64,000 bases of DNA from Candidatus Rokuibacteriota bacterium (GTDB lineage: Bacteria; Methylomirabilota; Methylomirabilia; Rokubacteriales; CSP1-6). Under the pieces are notes generated by a model. That model did not search any database, was not told the origin of the DNA, and worked only from the letters and a program-made list of their open reading frames with translations. A program made the position numbers and the translations under genes. Location of the stretch: contig QHSO01000015.1 of the NCBI GenBank assembly GCA_003220475.1, positions 12,479-76,478 on the forward strand, given 5' to 3'. This document shows, piece by piece, positions 8,032 to 15,841 of the stretch; the first letter of the stretch is position 1, and each line of letters starts with the position of its first letter.

Positions 8032-9297
8032 CTACCACTCCAGCCTGGACTCGATGGGGAGGCCGGCGCGGCGGCGGAGCCAGCCGTTGAGGCGGGTCAG
8101 GCCGTAGAGGATCCGCAGCGCGAGGCGCAGGCGGAGCGGCGACGTCACCCAGTTGCCGCCGGACAGGACGTTGAGCACCGCCTCGTAGATGCCGAAGTGG
8201 TTGCGCGGGCGCATGAAGAGGTCGAAGAACGCCGGCTCGTAGTACTTGTGGATGAACTTGAACAGCGGCGCGAGACCGGCGCGCACGCGGCGTTCGTAGG
8301 CCGCGAAGCGCCGCGCCGAGAAATCGCCGGCCCGGAACGCTTCGGTAATCGCCGCCGCCGCCAGCTGACCCGTGCGCAGCGCGATGTAGACGCCGCCGGA
8401 GAAGATCGGATCCACGAACGCGATCGCGTCGCCGACGGCGACGTAGCGATCGCCGACCACCGGCGAGTTGTCGTAGGCGAAGCTGGCCTGCCGGTGCACC
8501 GGCGTCACGCGCACGGCGCCAGCAAGAGCCTCGGACACGCCGCGGCTGCGCGCAACCATCGCGTAGAAGAGCGCCTCGAGCTCACCCGTCCACGCTTTGA
8601 CCGTGCGCGCGTGGCAGACAGCGCCCACGCTGGTGAGACCGCCCGCGAGCGGGATCCACCAGAGCCAGCCTTCGCGCATGACATAGATGCGGATGTTGCC
8701 TTCGTCGCGGCCCGACTGGCGGGCGGCGCCCTTGAAATGCGCGAAGAGCGCGACCTTGCCGAGATTCGGAATGCGGCGGCGCCGGCCGTAGCGGCTGGCC
8801 ATGAGCGCGTCGCGGCCGGTGGCGTCCACGAGCATCGCGGCCCGGACGCGCGGGGCTCCGCTCTCGCTGCTCGCCGTGACGGTGACGCCGTCGGCATTGA
8901 ACTCCGTCGCCTCGACCGACGCCGGCTGATAGACCGTGACGCCGCGCTTCTTGGCGTGCTCCAGGAGGACGGTGTCGAACTCGGCGCGCGGCACCTGATA
9001 GGAGTAGTTCGGCCACGGCTGGCCGGGCAGGAAATAGAAGGTCTGCGCGCCGCCCGTCTCCTCGTCGTGAAAGCTGGCGCCATACTTCAGCTGGAACCCG
9101 CGCTCATCCATCGCGGCCCTGACGCCGAGCTGCTCCAGCAGGAGCATGCTGGCTGGCATCAACGACTCGCCGACGTGAAAGCGCGGGAAACGCTCGCGCT
9201 CGAACAGCGCCACGCGCAGCCCCGCGTCGGCGAGGAACGTGGCGGTGCTGGAGCCGCCGGGTCCGCCGCCGGCGACGATGACGTCGAAGGCGTCCAT
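8032..9297 (-). CDS. FAD-dependent halogenase-like oxidoreductase
   Basis: The protein has DVIVAGGGPGGS (GxGxxG), FPRFHVGESL, GFQLKYGASF (candidate catalytic Lys) and GWLWWIPL, which is the WxWxIP motif characteristic of flavin halogenases. The real start is the ATG at 9297; the track ORF carries a spurious N-terminal extension. Confidence 0.8.
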   Translation of the reverse strand: MDAFDVIVAGGGPGGSSTATFLADAGLRVALFERERFPRFHVGESLMPASMLLLEQLGVRAAMDERGFQLKYGASFHDEETGGAQTFYFLPGQPWPNYSYQVPRAEFDTVLLEHAKKRGVTVYQPASVEATEFNADGVTVTASSESGAPRVRAAMLVDATGRDALMASRYGRRRRIPNLGKVALFAHFKGAARQSGRDEGNIRIYVMREGWLWWIPLAGGLTSVGAVCHARTVKAWTGELEALFYAMVARSRGVSEALAGAVRVTPVHRQASFAYDNSPVVGDRYVAVGDAIAFVDPIFSGGVYIALRTGQLAAAAITEAFRAGDFSARRFAAYERRVRAGLAPLFKFIHKYYEPAFFDLFMRPRNHFGIYEAVLNVLSGGNWVTSPLRLRLALRILYGLTRLNGWLRRRAGLPIESRLEW

Positions 9298-10346
9298 CAG
9301 GACCCTGTCCACGCCGTGCCGACCGCCATCGCCGCCGGCGCGGGCTCCGCGTGCAGACGCTGCTGCGCGTAGAGGGCCACGATGAGCGCCGTCAGCGCCG
9401 GCACCCGCAACCCGGTCAACGCGGCCAGCACGAGCAACGGCAGCACCAGCGGCAGCCCCAGCACCGCGGTCGCCGCCGCCACCGCGCGACGCGGCCGTGG
9501 ATGGCGCCACCACCACGCGAGCCGACCGCCGGCGCGGCGCACGGCGAGCAGCGCGATCATCGATCCCCACGTCATCCCGCCCGCGTACGGCGCCGCCGTC
9601 TCGAGGAGCGCGGCGTGTCGCTCGCGGGCCAGGCGCCCGGCCACGACCGACGCGATCTCGCCGCCGGCCGCCGCCACCTCGCGCGCGCCGCGCGCGATCG
9701 AGCGGCCGGCGAGGTGCGCGCCGATCGCAATCCCGTCGACGACGGGACGGAACCGGCTGCGCGCCGCCACGCGCGGCAGCGCGCGCACCGGCACTTCGCG
9801 GATCGTCCAACCGTGCCCGGCCGCCGCCAGCAACACCTCCGTCTCGAACACGAAGCCGCCGTGGTGCGCGGACACCTCGTCGAAGATCTCGAGCGGATAG
9901 ACGCGAAAGCCAGACTGCGTGTCGATCAGCCGCAGTCCGCTCGCCCAGTTGACGAAGAAGCCGGCGACCACGATGGCCTCGGCGCGGCCCGGCGGCAGCG
10001 CCGCGTCGCCGTAGAGCCGCGCGCCCACGACCAGCGTGCGCGGTGCGGCGGCGGCGAGCAACGCCGGCACGTCATCCGAGTCGTGCTGGCCGTCGGCATC
10101 CAGCGTGACGACGTGCGTGGCGCCGCGCGCGCGCGCCGCCGCCACGCCCGTGCGCAGCGCCTCCGCCTTGCCGCACCGCCGCCGATGACGGCAAACGTCG
10201 GCGCCGGCGAGCGCCGCCGCCTGCGCGGTCCCGTCGGTCGAGCCGTCGTCCACCACGATGACCGGTGCGTGCCGGCGCGCGCGGCGCACGACGTCGCCGA
10301 CCGTGGTGGCCTCATCGTGCGCGGGGACGACGACGAACGTGTTCAC
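9297..10346 (-). CDS. family 2 glycosyltransferase (DPM1/ArnC/ApeJ-like) with a C-terminal membrane anchor
   Basis: The motifs are VVVPAHDEATTVGDVV, VIVVDDGSTDGT and VTLDADGQHD (DxD). C-terminal transmembrane helices are present. The GTG start at 10346 forms a GTGA overlap with the upstream stop. Confidence 0.8.
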   Translation of the reverse strand: MNTFVVVPAHDEATTVGDVVRRARRHAPVIVVDDGSTDGTAQAAALAGADVCRHRRRCGKAEALRTGVAAARARGATHVVTLDADGQHDSDDVPALLAAAAPRTLVVGARLYGDAALPPGRAEAIVVAGFFVNWASGLRLIDTQSGFRVYPLEIFDEVSAHHGGFVFETEVLLAAAGHGWTIREVPVRALPRVAARSRFRPVVDGIAIGAHLAGRSIARGAREVAAAGGEIASVVAGRLARERHAALLETAAPYAGGMTWGSMIALLAVRRAGGRLAWWWRHPRPRRAVAAATAVLGLPLVLPLLVLAALTGLRVPALTALIVALYAQQRLHAEPAPAAMAVGTAWTGS

Positions 10347-11413
10347 GCGGCGTCCACGAGCAACGCCACGTGGGCGCCGCCGCGCGCGAGCCCGTGCACG
10401 AGCCCGCGTCCCGGCCGGACACGCGCGACGTGCGCCGTGCCGTTCACGACGGGCAGCAGACCGGAGCGCGCCGTCCACGCGGCGGCCGCGACGCGCAGCA
10501 CGCCTAATCCCGCGTGACGGCCGAGCAGCCGGCCGAGGCTCGACACCGGTGGCCCGCCGGGAAGCGCGGCGCCGAGCACCGCTTCTTCCCAACGATCGCG
10601 CGGCTCGTCATCGCTGGCTGATGCGTACACCCAGCCGACGTCGCCGGGCTGCGCGCCCGCCGCGCGCAACACGGCCTCGATCGCCTGTGAGCGGCGGGCG
10701 CGTCCGACGCCCCATGGACGGGAACGCAGCGCGCGCCAGGCCGCTGCGCTCACCTCGCCCAGCACCGTGGCGCCGCGCGCGTGCGCCGTCGCGCGTGGCT
10801 CGAGCACGAGGAACGCCGCCCCCTCGCCGCGACGCTCACCGGCGAGCCCCAGCCGCCTCAGCTCGTGCTCGACGACGGAATCGAGCTCGTCGACGCCGCC
10901 CACGAGCACCGCCGGCACGCGCCCGCTCGCGACCGCCGCCGTCGCGCGGGCGACCGCAAGCTCGCCGGCCACGGTCGGCGCATTGAGCGTCAGCGCCATC
11001 TCCCGCGCGCCGACCGCGATGGCCGTCGTCGCGATCATCGTGTTCATCACCGTGTTCGGAAAGAGCAGGGCGGACAGTCCCGCCGGGCCGCGGGCGAGGA
11101 AGCCGTCGGCGAACGCGTGCGTCGAGCCGAGGTCGCCGAATTCCGTCCCCACGACGAGTCCGAGCGCGGCGTCACGCTCGAGCCCGGACTCGCGCAGCGC
11201 CAGCCGTGCCGCGGTCACGGTCAGCTGGCAGACGCGCGACAGTCGCCGCGCTTCGTCCGGATCGACGAGAGCGGCGAGCGCGCCGGCGCCGAACGCGGTG
11301 TCCGGCGGTGCCACGGGGGCCGCGAGGAACGCACCGAGCGCCGCGGAGTCGCCGGTGACGGCGGCGCTCACGACGCCGACGCCGGTGATCGCGACGCCGG
11401 ACCGCGTCGTCAT
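10343..11413 (-). CDS. beta-ketoacyl synthase-like protein lacking the active-site Cys (chain-length-factor-like)
   Basis: 356 aa with a thiolase-fold KS pattern (ITGVGVVSA...). The nucleophile position reads LNAPTVAGE instead of TACSS. ATGA overlap with the upstream KS. Confidence 0.75.
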   Translation of the reverse strand: MTTRSGVAITGVGVVSAAVTGDSAALGAFLAAPVAPPDTAFGAGALAALVDPDEARRLSRVCQLTVTAARLALRESGLERDAALGLVVGTEFGDLGSTHAFADGFLARGPAGLSALLFPNTVMNTMIATTAIAVGAREMALTLNAPTVAGELAVARATAAVASGRVPAVLVGGVDELDSVVEHELRRLGLAGERRGEGAAFLVLEPRATAHARGATVLGEVSAAAWRALRSRPWGVGRARRSQAIEAVLRAAGAQPGDVGWVYASASDDEPRDRWEEAVLGAALPGGPPVSSLGRLLGRHAGLGVLRVAAAAWTARSGLLPVVNGTAHVARVRPGRGLVHGLARGGAHVALLVDAA

Positions 11414-12594
11414 GCCACGCCGCGGCGGAAGAGCAACGTCACGTTCTGACCGCCGAATCCGAACGAATTGGAGATCGCGCACGTCAGCGGCGCGGCGCGC
11501 GAGACGCGCGGCACACAGTCGAACGGCACGTCCCCGTCCGGCGTGACGAGGTTCGCCGTCGGCGGCACGACGCCGTGCTCGAGCGCGAGCACGGTGGCGA
11601 TCGCCTCGAGGCTGCCGGCGGCGGCCATCGTGTGGCCGATCATCGACTTCGCGGAGGAGACGAGCAGTCCGCCCTCGCCGAAGACCCGTGCGAGCGCGCG
11701 GGCCTCGATGCGATCGTTTTGCGGCGTGCCGGTGCCGTGCGCGTTGGCGTACTGCACCTCCGCCGGCGCGGCGCCCGCCACTCTCAGCGCCGCCGTCATC
11801 GCGCGCACCATGCCGTCGCCCTCGGGTTCCGGCGCCGTCACGTGGAACGCATCGGTCGTCATGCCGTGCCCCGCGAGCGTCGCGTACACGCGCGCGCGTC
11901 GCGCGCGGGCACGCGCCTGGGACTCGAGCACCAGGAAGCCGGCGCCCTCGCCGATCGACATCCCGCGGCGCTCCTGATCGAACGGACGGCACGGCGCCGG
12001 ATCGAGAATCTTCAGCGCGTTGAAGCCCATGAAGCAGATGCGGGTGATCGCGTCGACACCGCCGGCGACCGCGACGTCGACCACACCGTCGGCGATCAGC
12101 TCGGCCGCCTCCGCGAGCGCGACCGCGCCCGAGCTGCACGCCGTGACGACCGTGTGCCGCGGACCGCCGAGGCCCAAGCGGCTCGACAGCGTTTCGGCGT
12201 GCGCGGAGGGCAGCATGGCGCGTACCGCGCGGACGGAGGCGGGCCGCGCGCCCTCGCGCGCGCCGCGCCAGTACCACGCCTCGGCCTCCAGCATGCCGCC
12301 GCCGACGGCGCCGACGACGAGCGCCGCCGCGCGGCAATCGCGCGCGCCGAGGCCCGCATCCGCGAGGGCCTCGGCGGCGGCGGCGATGGCCAGACGGTCG
12401 GCGCGCGTGCGGCGCGCCGAGCCCGCAGGCGTTCCGGGGACCTCCGCGCCGATCCGGCAGCGGAAGCCCTCGGTCTCGATCAGCGTGAGGTCGCGGATCG
12501 TGCAGACGCCGGCGGCGAGCCCCTTCCAGTACGCGACGAGCCCCGCGCCGTATGGACTGACGGCGCCGAGGCCGGTGATGACGACCGACTTCAT
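11410..12594 (-). CDS. beta-ketoacyl-ACP synthase (FabF-like KS)
   Basis: 394 aa. The active-site motifs TACSSG, HGTGTPQND and GHTMAAAG are present, and the C-terminus reads NSFGFGGQN. Confidence 0.9.
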   Translation of the reverse strand: MKSVVITGLGAVSPYGAGLVAYWKGLAAGVCTIRDLTLIETEGFRCRIGAEVPGTPAGSARRTRADRLAIAAAAEALADAGLGARDCRAAALVVGAVGGGMLEAEAWYWRGAREGARPASVRAVRAMLPSAHAETLSSRLGLGGPRHTVVTACSSGAVALAEAAELIADGVVDVAVAGGVDAITRICFMGFNALKILDPAPCRPFDQERRGMSIGEGAGFLVLESQARARARRARVYATLAGHGMTTDAFHVTAPEPEGDGMVRAMTAALRVAGAAPAEVQYANAHGTGTPQNDRIEARALARVFGEGGLLVSSAKSMIGHTMAAAGSLEAIATVLALEHGVVPPTANLVTPDGDVPFDCVPRVSRAAPLTCAISNSFGFGGQNVTLLFRRGVA

Positions 12595-12866
12595 GCGGAG
12601 GGCAGCTTCCCTGCGATGAACCGCGACAGCGTGTCGAAGGAGGCGAAATGCTCGGAGAGATCCTGGTTTTCGTCCAGGGCGATGCCGAAGCGCTCTTCGA
12701 TCGCGATCGACAGTTCGATGAAGTCGAGGGAGTCGAGGCCGATCGAGCCTTCGATGCCCTTGGGCAGCGGCGTCGACTCGGTGGTCTCCGCTGCGCGCCG
12801 CGGATCGAACTTCAGACGCGATACCAGGACCGTCTTCAGCTCGTCGAGGACTTCCTTGGCTTCCAT
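12591..12866 (-). CDS. acyl carrier protein
   Basis: 91 aa. GLDSLDFIEL is the phosphopantetheine attachment motif. A strong AGGAGGG RBS precedes the ATG at 12866. The stop forms an ATGA overlap with the KS start. Confidence 0.85.
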   Translation of the reverse strand: MEAKEVLDELKTVLVSRLKFDPRRAAETTESTPLPKGIEGSIGLDSLDFIELSIAIEERFGIALDENQDLSEHFASFDTLSRFIAGKLPSA

Positions 12867-12873
12867 GACCCTC

Positions 12874-13749
12874 CTATGTTGCGACCGCGATCTGCGCGCG
12901 CCGGCCGCGCCAGCGCCCGGTGACGCGCGCGATCGGCATTCCGGCGGCACGCGCGAGCGCCAGCTCCACGAGCGGCGCGCACGCGAGCGTCTCGCCCGCC
13001 CGGCGCGTGACCAGCGTCTCGAGCGTCGAGGCGGCGCCGGGACCGTATCCTATGTCCGCGTCGTCAGCGCCCGCGAGCACGGCGCACGCCGCGGCCTCCA
13101 CCAGCGGGCGCGGCGTCACCCAGCGGCCGCGCGTCCAGAGATCCGCACATTCCTCGAACGTCTCCACCGCGAGCACGAGCGCGAGATCGGCGTCGCCGGC
13201 CGCGAGCAGCGTACTCGCCTGCCACAGCGCGTCCACGCCGGCCGATGCCCCGCCCACAAGAATGACATACCCGCCCGTCAACCCATACTCGATCGCGACC
13301 TCGGCTGGCACCGAGCTCGGAGCCGTGTACGGAAAATAGATGGCGCCGCCCGTTTTCGCGCGGCCGGCACCCTCGGTCGCGCCCGGACTCTGGGCCTCGA
13401 TCGCGACAACGCCGTCCGGTCCGCCGTTCGCCCGGACCTGGCTCGCGGCCTCGGCCACGATGAAGCGCTTGTTGCTCGCGCCGTATGCCGCCGCCGTCAC
13501 GTACACCAGCGCCGTCCGCGACCCGGCCACGGCCGCCCGATCCAGAGCGCTGTCGCGCAGCGCCGCTCCCACCGCGGCCACCCCCAGCAGGCACTCGCGC
13601 GTCGCGCGCCGGAATCGCTCGCCGGCGATGGCCGGCGTCGCCATCGGCACCACGCGGCGCTCACCCGCGGCGCGGCGCGCGTCGTCGGGCAGCGCGGCGA
13701 CGCCCTCGCCCCACGCGGTCAGCAGGCCGACGCCGAGGACGCGCGTCAC
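12874..13749 (-). CDS. truncated KS-like protein without a catalytic Cys (second CLF-like partner)
   Basis: 291 aa with a KS N-terminal-like fold. The nucleophile position reads LVGGASAGVDAL. The GTG start forms a GTGA overlap with the upstream KS stop. Confidence 0.65.
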   Translation of the reverse strand: MTRVLGVGLLTAWGEGVAALPDDARRAAGERRVVPMATPAIAGERFRRATRECLLGVAAVGAALRDSALDRAAVAGSRTALVYVTAAAYGASNKRFIVAEAASQVRANGGPDGVVAIEAQSPGATEGAGRAKTGGAIYFPYTAPSSVPAEVAIEYGLTGGYVILVGGASAGVDALWQASTLLAAGDADLALVLAVETFEECADLWTRGRWVTPRPLVEAAACAVLAGADDADIGYGPGAASTLETLVTRRAGETLACAPLVELALARAAGMPIARVTGRWRGRRAQIAVAT

Positions 13750-14915
13750 GCCGTGCCCTCGAGCACCAGCGCGGCATTGCAGCCGCCGAAGCCGAGCGAA
13801 GTGCTGAGGCTCACGCGCGAGCGGGCGGCACGCGCGGTCGCGCGGACGTCGAGGTCGCATGCCGGGTCCGCTTCCTCATACCCCGCCGTCCCCGGCACGA
13901 CGCCGTCGCGCGAGGCGAGCAGGCACATGATCGCCTCGAGCGTCGCGGCCGCGCCCATCGTGTGACCGAGCGCGCCCTTGATCGAGTTGACGGGCACGGC
14001 ATCGGCGCGGGCGCCGAGCACGCGACGGAGCACGGCCGTCTCGATGCGATCGTTCAGCGGCGTGCCCGTGCCGTGAGCGCTGACGAAGTCCACGGCATCG
14101 CTGCCCACGCCGGCGGCGCCCAGCGCGCCGCGCACCGCATGGGCGAGCCCGCGGCCTTCGGGATCCGGCGCCGCGACGTGCGAGCCGTCGCTGCTGCTCG
14201 CATGGCCGAGCAGCCGCCCGAGCCGCGGCCGCGGCGCGTCGCCCTCACGCGCCATGAGGACGAGCGCGGCGGCCTCGCCCAGCAACAGTCCGCTGCGGCG
14301 GCGGTCGAAGGGACGCACGCGCTCACGCGTCAGCGAGCGCAGGGCGTCGAAGCCGCGCATGACGAACCGGCAGAGCACGTCGTAGCCGCCCGCGACGACG
14401 AGGTCGGCGGCGTTCGCGGCGAGCAGATCGGCGCCCACGCCCATCGCGGTGGCGCCCGAGGCGCACGCCGTGGAGACGGTCAGCACCGGGCCGCGCGCCG
14501 ACAGCCGGCGCGCCAACGCATGGGCGGGACCATCGTAGAGCGCCGCGGCGGCCACGCGCGCCCCGCGCCCGACCATCGCGCGCTCGCCTTCCTCGACGCC
14601 GCCCAGCGCGGTGCCGACGACGACCGCGAGTCGTGCGGGATCGGCGGGCAGCGTGGCGCGCGCGAGCAGATCGTCGGCGGCCAGTATCAGCAGCGCGGAG
14701 GCGCGGCAGCGCGGCAGCCGCCCCTTGCGCGGCGCGCGCAGCTTCTTGATCTCGCCGCCGCGCCCGACGCGCAGGTCGTCGACGCGGAAGCGCTCGATGG
14801 TCGAAATGCCATCGACCCCGGTGCACAACGCCGACCAGAACGTGTCGAGATCCAGTCCGAGCGGCGTCGCGACACCGGCCGCGACGACGACGGCGCTCGA
14901 TCCACCACGCCTCAC
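13746..14915 (-). CDS. beta-ketoacyl-ACP synthase (KS)
   Basis: 389 aa. The motifs TACASG, HGTGTPLND and GHTMGAA are present, and the C-terminus reads TSLGFGGCN. The GTG start forms a GTGA overlap with the acyltransferase stop. Confidence 0.85.
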   Translation of the reverse strand: MRRGGSSAVVVAAGVATPLGLDLDTFWSALCTGVDGISTIERFRVDDLRVGRGGEIKKLRAPRKGRLPRCRASALLILAADDLLARATLPADPARLAVVVGTALGGVEEGERAMVGRGARVAAAALYDGPAHALARRLSARGPVLTVSTACASGATAMGVGADLLAANAADLVVAGGYDVLCRFVMRGFDALRSLTRERVRPFDRRRSGLLLGEAAALVLMAREGDAPRPRLGRLLGHASSSDGSHVAAPDPEGRGLAHAVRGALGAAGVGSDAVDFVSAHGTGTPLNDRIETAVLRRVLGARADAVPVNSIKGALGHTMGAAATLEAIMCLLASRDGVVPGTAGYEEADPACDLDVRATARAARSRVSLSTSLGFGGCNAALVLEGTA

Positions 14916-15841
14916 GCGGGCGGACTCCAGACGTCGTAGAAGTTGAACCACTGCGCCGGATGCCGCTTCACCATCGCCTGCAGTGTCGCCACCCAGCGGC
15001 GCAGCGCGGCCTCCTCGCCGCCCGCCTCCACCGAGGACGGCGCGCCGACGACGATGCGATAGCGCCGGTCGGCGTCGAGGAGGCAGAACGCGGGAACGAC
15101 CGGCGCGCCGGCGGCGCGCGCCAGCACGAACGGCCCCAGCGGAAACGGCGCCGGCGCGCCGAAGAACGGCTGCAGCACGTCGCCCCGCGTGCCGAGCGCG
15201 CGATCGCCCTGCAGCGCGACGATCTCCCCGCGACGCAGCGCGGCCAGCAGCGCGAGCGACGCGGTCGGCGCCGCGCACGTCACGAAGCGAACCGGCGCGA
15301 CGCCGCCGCGCAGGAAGCGCTCGACGGCGGGATCGGCCTCGGCGGCGACGACGACGTGCGTAGGGCGCGCACCGTCGCGCGCCAGCATCCGGCCGGCGAG
15401 CTCCCAGTTGCCGAGGTGGGCGGTGAGCACGACGAGACCGCGGCCGTCGCGCGTGGCCTTCTGCAGCTCGGCCATCCCGTCGATCGCGGCGACGAGCGCG
15501 CCGACGCCCGCGCGGCGGTTGGCCGTGATGAGATCGGCGAAACAGACGGCGAAGTTGCGAAAGACCGCGCCGACGAGCTCGTCCAGCGCGCGGGGCGGTG
15601 TGCCCGGCAGGATGCGTGTGAGATTTCGGCGGACGACCGCGCGCTCGGCCGGCAGTCGCCGTGAGGCGACGTCGGCCAGCCGCATGGCCACCCGCAGACG
15701 CATCGGTCGCGGCATGGCCGACGCCGCCAGCGAGGCCACGCGATAGACGACCGCGCGATTGAAGCCGTGTGCGTACCAGCGCGGCGCGGGTGCGACGGCG
15801 CCGGCAACCGCCGTCGTCGTCGCGGGCGTCACAGCAGCCAT
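14912..15841 (-). CDS. LpxL/HtrB-family lysophospholipid (lipid A-type) acyltransferase
   Basis: 309 aa. The HLGNWELAG (Hx4E) catalytic motif and the C-terminal HPAQWFNFYDVW are typical of the Lip_A_acyltrans family. The ATG at 15841 overlaps the upstream gene by 13 nt. Confidence 0.8.
   Translation of the reverse strand: MAAVTPATTTAVAGAVAPAPRWYAHGFNRAVVYRVASLAASAMPRPMRLRVAMRLADVASRRLPAERAVVRRNLTRILPGTPPRALDELVGAVFRNFAVCFADLITANRRAGVGALVAAIDGMAELQKATRDGRGLVVLTAHLGNWELAGRMLARDGARPTHVVVAAEADPAVERFLRGGVAPVRFVTCAAPTASLALLAALRRGEIVALQGDRALGTRGDVLQPFFGAPAPFPLGPFVLARAAGAPVVPAFCLLDADRRYRIVVGAPSSVEAGGEEAALRRWVATLQAMVKRHPAQWFNFYDVWSPPA

Noticed and set aside
8032-9810. N-terminal extensions of track ORFs. 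Examples are 592 aa for the halogenase, 664 aa for the CLF, 728 aa for the KS, 564 aa for the acyltransferase, 492 aa for btuF and 462 aa for cdaA
   Set aside because: The extensions are Arg-rich and overlap the preceding gene in another frame. In each case a start codon sits exactly at a 1-4-nt overlap with the upstream stop and gives a family-typical N-terminus.
11575-13965. Very long ORFs antisense to real genes. Examples are 11575-13965 (+), 796 aa; 35008-37137 (+), 709 aa; 61193-63178 (-), 661 aa; 55991-57811 (+), 606 aa; 19679-21484 (+), 601 aa; 3107-4492 (-), 461 aa
   Set aside because: They are Arg/Ala/Gly/Pro-rich low-complexity translations with no motifs. Each lies opposite a strongly motif-bearing gene. 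These are the typical shadow ORFs of high-GC DNA.
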